A program made the position numbers and the translations under genes. This document shows, piece after piece, positions 41,762-53,742 of a DNA stretch of 53,943 nt. Within the stretch, counting starts at the first letter, position 1, and each line of letters starts with the position of its first letter. The stretch covers positions 1-53,943 of the IMG/VR virus record IMGVR_UViG_3300024999_000139. The stretch is one strand, 5' to 3'. The stretch is from a virus (lineage: Duplodnaviria; Caudoviricetes). The notes beneath the pieces were generated by a model. That model was not told the DNA's origin. It saw nothing but the letters and a program-made list of their open reading frames with translations, and made no database searches.

Positions 41762-41947
41762 TTATCTACCGTATCGGCTAAATCTACTTTGCAGACTAAG
41801 TAATTCGGTCATAGCCTCATTTAATTTCTCACTATTTTCAAATGAATAATAAACACTACCATTTGGCTCAGTGAACTTATAATACTTAAATCCTAAAAAT
41901 GACAATGCATCTGCTAAGTATTTTTTCCTTACAATAAAATATTTCAT
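41762..41947 (-). CDS. DUF5659-like small protein
   Basis: LADALxFLGF...YxFENSEKLxxA. Confidence 0.6.
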   Translation of the reverse strand: MKYFIVRKKYLADALSFLGFKYYKFTEPNGSVYYSFENSEKLNEAMTELLSLQSRFSRYGR

Positions 41948-41983
41948 AATAAAGCTCCTTTTGTTTATTAAACATTTTGGTGG

Positions 41984-42215
41984 GGAATATACGTTATATT
42001 ACATAATTTCCAAGTGGATAAAACACGGTATCCTTGTATTATAATTCTGGAGAATAACGCAAAATCCCCACCTTGAGTTTGGAATATAAGGTATAATTGC
42101 CACTTCCATTTTGGAATATAAGGCATTTTAACACCAGAATCCAAGAGTATAAAGAGTAAACTAATAATGAAGATTAAACAAAGTATAAAGATTAAAATCT
42201 AATAAAGAGTTATAT
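41984..42215. repeat. about 32-bp-period degenerate direct repeats plus A-rich tract (candidate origin)
   Basis: GGA-initiated cores at 41984, 42016, 42049, 42081 and 42113; TTTGGAATATAAGG exact at 42078 and 42110. Confidence 0.6.
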
Positions 42216-42325
42216 AGGTTTGCTAAAGCAAAACCAAATTGTTTTTCTCTATCATTATTACTTACTTTATGTTTTCTAATATTTTATTTACTATGTAAAT
42301 CCACTCAAAAACAATATTATATTAA

Positions 42326-42724
42326 TCATTTTACCTTTATCTCCCTTAATTTAAATGCAGTTCTAAAATCATGATATAGTCTATCTTGTTCATCTTCAGA
42401 CATATCTACGAAATCTAATCCTCCTTCTGTATAATCCTCTCTAAAAACTATAATATTCCCAACAATATGCCCTTTATGAGCATAAATATAATTGCCTGTT
42501 TTATTCATTGCTCCTAATCCCATATTATGCATTCCATTATCATCTACTGCAAAACATAATCTACCATATGCTTTATTCAATTCTGGAGCAACATCACCAA
42601 TATCAAACATTTCTCCACCTGTATGTTTTCTGATATTTTTGAAGAAATCTTTATTGTCACGATCAAACTTAATTTTTGCTATTTCATTCTTATATGTAAT
42701 TAATATTCCTCTTAATTCATTCAT
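42326..42724 (-). CDS. DUF3846-like protein
   Basis: TGG...VDDNG...N...IVGNIIV. Confidence 0.5.
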   Translation of the reverse strand: MNELRGILITYKNEIAKIKFDRDNKDFFKNIRKHTGGEMFDIGDVAPELNKAYGRLCFAVDDNGMHNMGLGAMNKTGNYIYAHKGHIVGNIIVFREDYTEGGLDFVDMSEDEQDRLYHDFRTAFKLREIKVK

Positions 42725-42930
42725 TATTTTTATCTCCTCCTTAAATTATTTATTCTTTGGTTGAAACATTCCGCAAATACAAGGGAAACCAGTTTCTTCA
42801 TTGTAATTATCTGGATTATTTTCTTCTGGGTTATCCACAATCAATTTGCAATATTTCACAGAAACCAAAAATTCTATTTTCACAATCCATTGTTTTTAAC
42901 CTCCTCTCACCTATATTTAATCCACATATA

Positions 42931-42959
42931 ATTATATCATTTCACTAACCATATGTCAA
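42931..42959 (-). promoter_or_regulatory. consensus sigma-A promoter
   Basis: TTGACA-17 nt-TATAAT with TG extension. Confidence 0.75.
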
Positions 42960-42995
42960 CATATTTTATTTATTAATTTGTATAATCTTTTCCTT

Positions 42996-43559
42996 CTAAA
43001 TCTCATCTGGATTAATAATAATAATTTCTTTCCCTTGTTTCTTAGCATAATTTACCGCATTAGCAGTTCCACTCTTACTACCATTCCATACAGCAATAAC
43101 AATATCTGAATTATTAACCATATAACGATTCCGAATCATCATCTTGGCAGGATGATATTCTCCTACTGCCACACCTTTAAAATCATATCCTTCAACAGTA
43201 TCAACAAATGTTAAAATATCGGCATGTTGTTTTTGATCATTATACCTATCAATATCTACCTTATTAAACCACTTCATTGCTTGTTTCTTAAATGGAATTG
43301 CTAATTCTAATTCTATTTTACATGAGTTTAATTTTACTACGGAATCTCTTATTTCTTTGCATATTTCGAAGCTCATCTGATCAATTCCAAGCGCAGAACC
43401 GTGTATAAATCTAATTGTTTGTATAGTAGGTTCTATGTTGTTTATTACCTCAATTATCTTAGTTTTTAATACTTTCATAATTCTTTGATTCTTTGGTGTG
43501 TTCCAATCATAACCGCCCAAGCGATCTGGTCTGTGGCCTGTAAAACATATTGTTTTCAT
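42996..43559 (-). CDS. YspA/DUF1273 SLOG-family protein
   Basis: CFTGHRP, GxALGID, RNRYMV, AVWNG..SGT. Confidence 0.85.
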   Translation of the reverse strand: MKTICFTGHRPDRLGGYDWNTPKNQRIMKVLKTKIIEVINNIEPTIQTIRFIHGSALGIDQMSFEICKEIRDSVVKLNSCKIELELAIPFKKQAMKWFNKVDIDRYNDQKQHADILTFVDTVEGYDFKGVAVGEYHPAKMMIRNRYMVNNSDIVIAVWNGSKSGTANAVNYAKKQGKEIIIINPDEI

Positions 43560-44989
43560 TATACAATCTCTCCTTTATTTAAATTAATATTATACATTTA
43601 ATCAAGACTCCCATACAAACGGTACATAATCATCTTCCTTTAATACAGGCCAAGCAGTATCACCTTCTCTAACTTGACTTTGTAAAAAATCACAAATTAA
43701 TTTTCCATAATAACTATTTAATCCTTCTGCTATGACATATTCACTATAGTCATCTAGATTGTAATTGCTTGTTGCTACAATAAATATGTGAATAGTGTCT
43801 ACCATGCTCATCTTCCTCAGATTCACCATCTTGCTCTACATATTCCCATTCTTCATTATCAACGATTAATTTTGATTCATTGTCTATTGCTTGCATTTGT
43901 TCGTTGGTTAATTCAATTTTCATTATGTAATCTCTCCTTCTGTTTTTATTCAATTTCCCATTTTCCGTTAATATCTTCTAATTCTAATCTATGAATAAAA
44001 TAATTTACATCATGAAAATTAGCAAATCTTTCTCCTTTAATTCTCTTACCACTATTTATTGCTGTCATAAAATCTACAGTCTCTCTAATTAATTCCCAGT
44101 CCTCATTAACATTTGGAATACAAAGACTACAACCATTTTTAATATCTTCGACTAGTATCCCATTTGATATTTTGAAAATCTTATTGTAATTATGTCCTTC
44201 AGTTAGAGATTTGAATTTAGCATCTAAATAAGTACGAGCGTATGTATATAAGTCACCTGTTTTCATTATATTTTACATCTCCTTTATTATTATTTTATTG
44301 AATCATATAAGCCAATTTCTTTGATAAAATTCCATACCTATTAACAATATCACAATCTAAATGAAAATCATCTAAACTTGTAATTTCTACCACAGCACTA
44401 CTCGGAATTGTATTACCATGTAAACTTCCAAGAACTGAATTTCTAGAAACTGATTTAGCATCTTTAATTTCTTGAATATATTCTTCCCAAGAATCAACCT
44501 CTATTACTCTGGATTGATGATCTTTGATTGTATTTTCTTCATCTATAGATAGATTTGTTTCGATAACTTTGATCATATTTTATTTCACCTCCTCTCAATC
44601 ATATAATCCTTTAACATATTCTTTTATTTGCAATCCAGTGAACCCTAATTTGTGTAGTTTATCTAGCATTATTTCAGCATCGTGTAAATCAAATATTATA
44701 GCATCTTCATGAAGTGGTGTTAGAGATGGCATACCATTATCATAATCTCCTTCATAGAAGAAATTGAGAAAATTGTATATTACATATTGTTTAGTCGTTG
44801 GTTTTACTTCCTTTCTATTATACCAATTTTGAATATTATAAGTTTTCCCACATGATTCGCAAAAATTAATCCTACCACTCATTCCAACTAAAACAGCATA
44901 TGTATCAAGTTCATCATCAATTTCTTCACCGCAATTAAAACATCTATCAAGCACTTGTTGCTCACCTCCTTTACATACATCCCTTAAAA

Positions 44990-45018
44990 ATTATACCATA
45001 ATACTAAATTAATTGCAA
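44990..45018 (-). promoter_or_regulatory. sigma-A promoter
   Basis: TTGCAA-17 nt-TATAAT with TG extension. Confidence 0.7.
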
Positions 45019-46144
45019 ATAATTATTTTAGTATTTATAAAAATTCAAATATCACATCAATTAAAATGTAAATTTTAAATACTAAATAACTACAACATTT
45101 TCCCTAGTACAATACACACATATCGGAACAACAACAGTATTTAATACATTTAACGTAATATTTTTATCTATAAATGCCTTAAAACACCTATGTCCTCTTG
45201 AATTATCAATTGGTTTAATCCAAGTATAATAAGTATCATTTTTTAACAATAAACTTATATTATCTTTGCTTTGCCAATATTTCTCGACATTTTCTTTGTT
45301 TTGATTATACAAATCTTCAAAGAATCTTGATGCTTTATCTCTATTATTTGTAAATACTCCAATTTTGCCATTATGAAATGGAATCATATGCTCTTCTTGA
45401 AACATATTAATTATGTAGTCTGTAGGTAAGGGATTGTAATCATTATCTAATGCTTCATAATCCGAATAAGCATCTCTTAATGTATAAATTTTTCCATTTT
45501 TATTATCCTCAATACTCATAGATCCATCATCAAGATTTGTTCCTGATATACTGTATCTGTATTTACTCAATAATTCAATTAATTCACTTCTAAAACTAAT
45601 AAAATTTAAATCATTTTTATTCATTATTATTCTCTCCTCTTTATTTTTTATTTATATTGATGTAAATTAAAACAATGCTTTTCTAGGACTCTTCACATTC
45701 TTCATTCCAACATTTTTTACAACCAGTGGGACACAAAGATGTATCAGCTTTCATTCCGAAATCCATAGGACATCCAAAAGTAATCAACTCGTCAGCATTA
45801 AACTTACCTAATTTTAATATTTTTTTCTAACTTTGTCATATTAATTAACTCCTTTCCGTCAATTCAAATAAAGATTTTAATCTAATATAATTCACTTTTT
45901 GATTTATAAATACCCAACAAACTTCTAAAACTAGACCTTAAATTATCTTCTGCTTCTTCAACCCATCTTGTTTTTAATTTCTTTAACACTACTTCAAGTT
46001 CTACATCTCTATTGATATGATAACTAAACATAATATCTTCTTTAAAATCTTGAGAAAACCAATAATCTCCTTCCTTTTTGAAATTAAGAGTTTGAAAAAT
46101 TTCATCTGTCATTTTCATTATTTGTAATACCCCTTCCTTTATTA

Positions 46145-46441
46145 TTATTTACATACAAATTCATTTGCTAATTTCCAACTTTTAATTTCTCTAATTTGAT
46201 TATCTTTTAATTCTATATAAATACTTTCTTATAATTCTTTAATAATCCTATCTCTTTCTCCAACCGTGAAGTCATATTTACCTTTCTTATAAGGTTGATA
46301 AATTGGAACTTTTGAAGCAAAAGAACAAATATTATAATCAATTTCGCATTTATCATATTTGCATTCTGGAACTAAATTTAGAATATCTGTGTAAGTTTTA
46401 GATAAATTACGTTTGCACCGTCTTATATCGAATCTATCCAT
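46145..46441 (-). pseudogene. gene with internal TAA at 46229-46231, paralogue of 40414..40596
   Basis: gapless alignment across the stop, which sits opposite a Gln (CAA). Confidence 0.7.
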
Positions 46442-49400
46442 TTTATTTATCTCCTTTATGATTTATCGTCTTAACCAACACACCTTTTTCATAATCATCT
46501 CTACCACTAGGACTCAATACCGTAAAATCCATTCCCATTAATTTCATTAATTCTAATCTAAAATTAGCCAACCATCTTTTATGTGCCATATAAGGATTGA
46601 TAAATGAAATAGTCTTATCTTTTTCCATCATTGCATTTAAAATTAATTTCTGATATGGGAGAAATTTAATATCTGGATTAAAATCTTCAATAAGTGGCAC
46701 AGGATTATTATCATAGTAATCTTTAAATTTTGCATATCTTTCTTTGAAACTTAGTTTGTCTTGATCTTGATAATTCATAAAAATAGCCTCCTTTCCCTAA
46801 ATACTATTAACAAGTTGAACAATTTTTCGTGCATTCATGTTTTCTATCTCACTATCCAACAACACATTCTTAAATTCTTCTTTACTAATAACACTCCAAG
46901 ACCCATATCCATCAGGATATTCATAAATTTCAATGTTGCATTCTTCCTCCCAATCACCAATCTTTTTCATATTATGTTTAGTAATTTTCTCTATATCCAG
47001 TGCATGTTCTAAGTAATAAGTTCCAGTAGAATGTGGATATTTATTAGAAAACATAGATGATAAATCTTTAATTGTTTGCTTATTTAATTCAAGAATACTA
47101 TTAATAGATTTAAGTTTATCACAGTATATTTTAACTTCTTGATATTCTTTATCTATCTCTTGGAGATATTTTAGATATTCGTTCAATTTCTTAGTTTTTC
47201 TACTTTCCACTTCATTCAAATACTTTTCTCCTGCTTGAATAAGACTTTGTTTCACAACATTTCCAATATCATTATAGCAACTATCACATATGTAATTTCT
47301 AACTAGATGAGCATTCTCTTCTGGTAAGGGATAATAATTAGTTACTGGATAATATTCTCTGTCATGAAGTTCTTCCTCTTGTCTTGCAAATACTTTGAAC
47401 TGATAATCACATAGATCACATTTAATAATTTCTGAATTACTCATTTGATTTTCCTTCTTTCATGTTTTATATTTTAATACCCTTTAAACTAATTAATACA
47501 TCTATGTATCTTGTCTGTCTCCAAATATTCACCGCCAGTTTTTAAAGCATATGACAATTGTTTTTCAAGATTGTCATTGTCCTCTTCAAGTTTAACCATA
47601 AAAGAAAATAACCTATTAAATGATTCTTGATTAATATATTTCTCTTTTTCGAAATCAGTTTTTTCTAATAATTTTTGGATTATTTTATCGCTCATTGTTT
47701 TCTATCCCCACATAAGGTTTATTTACTTTCCATACTAAACCGCAATCACAATGTAATTTGTCATAAATATCATTACTTGTAATAATTCCATTCACTATAT
47801 GTCCACAAGAGCATATTAATGAGAAAATATGTTCTTTATTATTCATATACTCCCTAATCTCCTCTCTATCCCTTGCTTTGTCTTCCTCAGTCATTGGCAT
47901 TATTCTTCCATGCGAATATTTACCATCTGTACGATCCATTTCTCCAAATGGAAGAATATCACGAAGTTTATCTGAAGAATTTGAATAATGGGTATTTGTT
48001 TCTTTAAGGATTGAGTATTTATTAAATTGTTCCATTATCTATTTCTCACTTTCTAACAAATTATTTTCTTCCAAAATTATGACTGCCTCATCTGAAATCG
48101 TGACTATCATCCAATCATTTTCATTCTTCGACCAAACATCATCTAAAGCATCAATCATTAAAGTCCCATCATTAAGCAATATACAATATTGTCCTTGTTT
48201 GTTGTAAAAATGAACTCCTTCCCAACATGGTTATAGTGATGATACAGGAAGTTCATTAGGTTAAATTAGATTAAACTATCACTTTAATTGGTAAGAAAGG
48301 AAATGATTAAAATCACAAAAATAGATTTAGTTTGTCTAAATACGTTATACAATTGAATTAGCGTCATCTTGCATTTTAATCAACCTCTTTCAAATATTTT
48401 CCTCTAAATGTCACTGGGATAAATTCATCTTCCCTTATAATCTCGTATCTTTTCACATATCCCAACGTATTCAAATCCAATATATCAAAATAGTATAAGT
48501 TTTCATTTTGCTTTAAAGCATCTTTAAGTGTAGTTAATTGATCTGACATAAAACATATGCCACTAAGACTATATTCTTCAATCATTATACAATTTCATCC
48601 TTTCTACATCGTTAATTCCATCTCTGATAATAATCTATTGGTCTGAGTTAAGGTTTCACTAATTAATGTCTTACAACCACCTTCTGGGCTGTTAGGTAGC
48701 ATTTCAGTAAGATATTTAATGTATGCTTCTAATGCATTGTATATTATGTTTTTCTCTTGTTTAGAAACTTCTAATGTTTGTGTAATTTTCATTTATTTAA
48801 TCTCCTTCTCTTTTAATTATTTTAATCCACGTATTATATCATTATACTGATGTAATAATTCTACCGCATTAGTTAAAGTTCTTACTTTACCTACATCATC
48901 CATTGAGACACTTCTTGAATAATCTTTTCTAATTTCAAGTAGATAAATGATAGTTTCTTGGATTAATAATTCTGTTTCAGTCATTGTTTTAAAATTCCTT
49001 TCTTCTCATCAAACTAACCTTCTTTTCTGATTATAATTTACTTTCTAATTCCTTTATTCTTTTTTCATATTTCTGTGTTAATAATCTAATGCTTTGTAAA
49101 AATGAAATCTGACTAATAATCCAAACAATTATTAATGAAATATGATTAATGTATGGTATTGCCATTGATAAAAATAGTAAAGGTAAAATCATAGCAAAGC
49201 CACCTAACCAATATCCTAAACTTCCTTTGCCGAATAAATCTTTCATAAATTATTCTCCTTTCTAAAATGAATAAATCTGACTATTGATTACTCTTTACTT
49301 CTATTTCTTCATCCACTTTTGATTCAATTTTATTCTCATACTGCTCTTTAGTAAGCCAACTGAAAGTAAAATATTTAGGATTGAACCCATCGGCAATAAT

Positions 49401-50854
49401 TTTATTAGTTATATGATCTTTAAGCGAACTACTGTCTAAATGGTTGGTTAATAGTTTTGTAAAGTCATCAAAAGTTAGTTCGGCAGAATATATAACTTTA
49501 TCCTTTATCAATGCACCATAATATGCTTTTAATTGATATATCATTTGATAACCTCCTCTTTCCATACATGATTATTTTTCATTTCCACTTCTCTTTTAGC
49601 TTTTGTTTTATATTGATTAACAAAATAAAGCATTTTTAAATATTCAATTGGATTTTGCATGATCATCCCAATTCCATTAAATTTTATAATACCAGCATGT
49701 ATTTGTGAATCTCTTGAATAATCGAATAAACTCCCTTTCCATCTGCTATTATCCCATTCGCATTTGTTAAACTCTTGGATAAAAATATTATTACTGCTTT
49801 TTCCATATCTCTCAGTGTGATCTTTTACTTGACTTATATGTACTCCATAATCAATAAGGAGTATAATACTCCCAATTGCCAATATAAATAATATAATAGT
49901 TAATAAAGTCATTTTATAAAACTTCCTTCCTCAATTGAAATTGCTGTTTTATTCAACGTCACCATATAATCCGTTAGGTGTAGGATGTAAATTATTTCTT
50001 AACCATAATTGATTCAAATCAAAAACTTCAATTATTTGTCCAACTATTAATTTATCTCCTATTTTTATATCCATCAAGTGATCTTCTTTTGTTGTATGAT
50101 AGTAAAAATTTAAATTGTCATCAAGATTATCTAATGATTCTAACATACATCCGCTATTTAAAAGACATCCATAATCTAGTAAATAATTAGGATCATATAA
50201 AAACTTAATACAATTTTCATTTGTGGCATCTTTTAAACATACAACACCATATCTCCCACCACTTGTTTTTACAATCATTCCATTTTTTAATTCTGATTTT
50301 TTCATATTGTATTATCCTATCTAATTTATTTATCTAACTTTTCTCCACAAAACGGACAATAACTAATATGTCTCATTACACAATCATTTAGGATATTGTA
50401 TAGTTCCCAACCACGAGACAAACTAAAATAAATAGTATAATCATTACATCTATGTGGTTGATTTTTACTTAATAATTCAAAATCATATTTACTTAACATT
50501 ATCAATTTCCTCCATATAATTTAATTCATCCCAATATTTTTTAATCCAAATATCACAAGTAGCATATAATTCATCATTTCTATAATAAATATTAGAAGGG
50601 AAAATTAAATCCTCTTTATCTTTGCATCCCAAATCTTTTAATCTTTTTTCACATATAAGTAAAATTTCTTCAATTCTTTCTGATAATTCTTTTACCTTGC
50701 AGTCAATTCCTACAATAAAACCTTCTGATGTCATAAAATTATTCATCTCTAATCGTCCTTTCTTTCTTATACTATAAATGCTAAGTTTTAAGTTAAGATA
50801 TGACTCTTAAACCATTATCACAAACGAATTTAAAAGTCATATCGTTTACATATT

Positions 50855-52099
50855 TTAATTACTCACAAATATATCCATAAACTCACTATTTCTTACATGA
50901 AACCAAAATTGATTATCATCTTTTTCAAACATTACAGCAATATGTTTATCTTTAGCTCTGCAAGGCAAAGTATCTCCATAAGCCCATCCTACTGCATATT
51001 GAAATAATAATTCCCTGCTATAAGATTCTGTAAGTGTTTCAAATCTACAAGGAATGCCAAAATCATGAATACTTCCTGCTGACCACTTTTGCCAATCAAA
51101 ATTTGAACTATCAATTTTTCTTAGTCTAGTTTTCTCAATGTTATATCTTGTGAATTTATTATTGTAATCAATACAGACATCCAAACAATTATTTTTGCAT
51201 ATAATGTCTTTATGAGTATCATGTTTTTTCATCCATTCTAGTCTTTCTTGCCTCATATTTTCTCCGACTCTACCTACAGGATTGCCTCCTTCTCGCATAT
51301 AGATAATACAAGGGAAATGATAATCTCCTGCAATTGCCATATCATCTAAAACTAATCCACATCTATGAGAATCTGTTTCTTGCAATCCTCTTACATTTCT
51401 TTGATTGTTTAAATTCTCAATGCGATATTTAAGAATAGGATATTTTTTATAAACATCTTTAGATACAGTCTTGGCAACTTCAAGTAATTGATTGTATTGA
51501 GCAGAGGAAATAATTCTAATATCCGAAACACCTAAACTAGAAGCAAACTCAATAGTATTTTTTAAATCACTTACAGTTTCTTCTGTGACTACAACCCCAA
51601 CAGTGACATAAGTAAGTTGAGAAATTTCTTTGATATTGGAAATAACTTTATCCCATGCTCCATTAATTCCTCCTGCCATTGCGTCACCAAAGGCACTACA
51701 ACAGGCATCTAAAGATATTGAGAAGTCATTTACTCCTGCTTCAATTAGTTTATAATATAAGTCCATTTCAGCATATCCATTGGTTGAAATAGCAATTCGT
51801 TCTACACCTTTTGATTTAATATATTTGACTAACTCTACTAAACCTTTCCATACTGTAGGTTCTCCACCTGACAGTCTAATATTTTTAAGATTATCTTTAG
51901 TCCATAAATCAACTATGTATTTTGCTCTTTCCAATGTCATTGTTCCCTTTAAGTCTGGTCTAAGTCCTCTGCAATAAGGACATTTAAAATTACAAGCATC
52001 TGTTAAGATCAATTCACATCTCATAAGTTGAGAGTCAACACTTGTTCTTTTGCACCTATTATCATTTAGTGTATAGAAACCGATATTTTCTAGTTTCAT
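50855..52099 (-). CDS. radical SAM enzyme with a Cys-containing C-terminal extension
   Basis: CNFKCPYC, SGGEP, STNG, SISLD. Confidence 0.88.
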   Translation of the reverse strand: MKLENIGFYTLNDNRCKRTSVDSQLMRCELILTDACNFKCPYCRGLRPDLKGTMTLERAKYIVDLWTKDNLKNIRLSGGEPTVWKGLVELVKYIKSKGVERIAISTNGYAEMDLYYKLIEAGVNDFSISLDACCSAFGDAMAGGINGAWDKVISNIKEISQLTYVTVGVVVTEETVSDLKNTIEFASSLGVSDIRIISSAQYNQLLEVAKTVSKDVYKKYPILKYRIENLNNQRNVRGLQETDSHRCGLVLDDMAIAGDYHFPCIIYMREGGNPVGRVGENMRQERLEWMKKHDTHKDIICKNNCLDVCIDYNNKFTRYNIEKTRLRKIDSSNFDWQKWSAGSIHDFGIPCRFETLTESYSRELLFQYAVGWAYGDTLPCRAKDKHIAVMFEKDDNQFWFHVRNSEFMDIFVSN

Positions 52100-52129
52100 T
52101 ATTTATCATTCTCCTTTTAATTTCAATTC

Positions 52130-52789
52130 TTATTTAACTAACTTAGGATAATCATGAATTCCCCACCATTGTTTATATTCCTTAACGGCATCATCAAATG
52201 TTTCATCTTCAATTTCCACAATACTATCAAAGAATTCATCACTCGCAGTACATCCACCATAACCTTCACCGATAAATATCATTTTACAGAAAGTATTCTC
52301 TTCTCTCATTGCTTGTAAAACTTTATAAGCATTATCATCCATATAAGGCCAAGACATAATTATAACATTAATATCTTTACCATACTTTTTAACTGCTTCA
52401 ATAGCATCAATATTTTCAATATCTGTCCAATAATTTTTACTTTGATTCCAATTATTTTGACCATCCCATGAAAAATCATCTGTTGGCTTTATGTCAATGC
52501 CTTGTTGTTTTAATGCAAAACTTAAAGATCCTGTACCAGACATAACTTCTAAACATTTTCTATTCCCTATCCATTTTGACAAAGGAATAATCCAATCTAA
52601 AGATACAAGAGAAAATCCCATTTGCTTAATAAATTTATCACGCAAACTCCATTTGTTAATATTATTAAACATGTGTTTAGGATAGGAATTAGGAATTTGT
52701 TTTTGATTAACTTGAGATATGATAGAATCAATGATGTCATTTTCTTCTTTAGAATTTTCTTGGTTTGATAATGAATACATTTTTACCAA
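52130..52789 (-). CDS. class I SAM-dependent methyltransferase-like protein
   Basis: LEVMSGTGSL, MSWPY, IGEGYGGCTA. Confidence 0.7.
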   Translation of the reverse strand: MVKMYSLSNQENSKEENDIIDSIISQVNQKQIPNSYPKHMFNNINKWSLRDKFIKQMGFSLVSLDWIIPLSKWIGNRKCLEVMSGTGSLSFALKQQGIDIKPTDDFSWDGQNNWNQSKNYWTDIENIDAIEAVKKYGKDINVIIMSWPYMDDNAYKVLQAMREENTFCKMIFIGEGYGGCTASDEFFDSIVEIEDETFDDAVKEYKQWWGIHDYPKLVK

Positions 52790-52812
52790 CTCCTTAAATT
52801 ATTTATATTAGT

Positions 52813-52842
52813 ATTATATCATATTTGTTGAAGAAATGATAA
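52813..52842 (-). promoter_or_regulatory. extended -10 sigma-A promoter
   Basis: TGnTATAAT with a weak -35 (TTATCA) at 18 nt. Confidence 0.5.
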
Positions 52843-52857
52843 CATAAATTCAACATT

Positions 52858-53742
52858 TTAAGACAAATTCTTTGAATTATTATCTTTTGCAATCACAATT
52901 CCACCTATAAAAAATAAACCACAACCAAAAATCATTATTACTTCAATAGGAAATTCCCTATTTCCAGTTTTTATCATCCAAAACATAATTATAAATTCAA
53001 TGATTGAATAAATTATTCCAATACTAAGAACTATTTTTGTAGTCTTTTTCATAATTAACACACTCCTTCAATAATTTTATTTCTACAAGTTTCAGCAAAT
53101 TCAGTATGCTTATCGTTCAAACCATAATATTTCTTACATATCTTGTTGTAAAAGTTTCCATCATTTCCATTAACATTGCCAACAATTGTATATTCAACTT
53201 TTGATACAGTTAAGTTATTTTCTTCTACAATCATTTTACAGTGACCAAACCTGTGTTGATATTTATTGTTTCCTAGATTAACTCTACAATATTTTGTAGC
53301 ATGAATCATTGCACTAATTTTACGTTTAATAATTGGAGTGGTTAGCGATTTGCCACCATGAATATGTTGTTGGTATTCTTGGATTACACGTTTTGGGATG
53401 AAGTATAGTGGATACATTTATTTATCATCCTTCCAATCTAATAATATCTTAATAATCTTTTCACGATTAGTTAGTTGTTTCATTTTAATTTCCTCCTTTC
53501 TTAATTTAGGCTAAAACTATGTCTTTCTTTCTGAAAAGAACTCCTCCCTGATTTACATTGTCTCTTTGTAATATTTCATTTTCTAAATACTCTACTTTGT
53601 AATATTCTTCATAATATCCTGTAATTTTTACTTTTTCTAAATGGGATTTTAATTTACCTGTTCTGGTTATTATAACCCATGGGTAATCAGCTTCTTTTAC
53701 ATGTGCAATTGTTCCAATTTCAATTTTTGCCATAGTTAACAT
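52858..53742 (-). other. small hypothetical genes (52858-53061, 53055-53417, 53506-53742)
   Basis: co-oriented ORFs. Confidence 0.55.

Larger units (their letters stand above)
11145..49950. repeat. dispersed gene-boundary motif TAAAA-N6-TTT(G/T)(CTAGG or A)
   Basis: copies at 11145, 20424, 22882, 24085, 27402, 28673, 30021, 32020, 34660, 45668; shorter forms at 12829, 18120, 27982, 32217, 37130, 38208, 45062, 45864, 49936. Confidence 0.6.
43602..50746 (-). other. long run of about 18 small hypothetical genes (e.g. 43946-44266, 44295-44576, 44595-44954, 45082-45624, 45882-46118, 46443-46778, 46797-47444, 47489-47695, 47685-48035, 48376-48585, 48604-48792, 49031-49246, 49281-49565, 49541-49912, 49949-50305, 50489-50746)
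   Basis: co-oriented ORFs mostly with RBSs; no family recognised. Confidence 0.6.

Noticed and set aside
41984-42123. CRISPR array
   Set aside because: Repeats are short and degenerate with a total period of only 32 bp, and no cas genes are present.
23475-46231. Stop-codon reassignment (TAA read as sense)
   Set aside because: TAA is the normal terminator for most genes here, the two cases imply different amino acids (probably Glu and Gln), and no suppressor tRNA is visible.
50855-52099. Viperin-like antiviral enzyme
   Set aside because: Only generic radical SAM motifs are visible; I could not confirm viperin-specific features by eye.
566-52685. All plus-strand ORFs in the track (e.g. 566-778, 1251-1526, 4309-4560, 5680-6000, 42757-42948)
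   Set aside because: Antisense shadows of minus-strand genes or remnants, with no convincing RBS or recognisable motifs.
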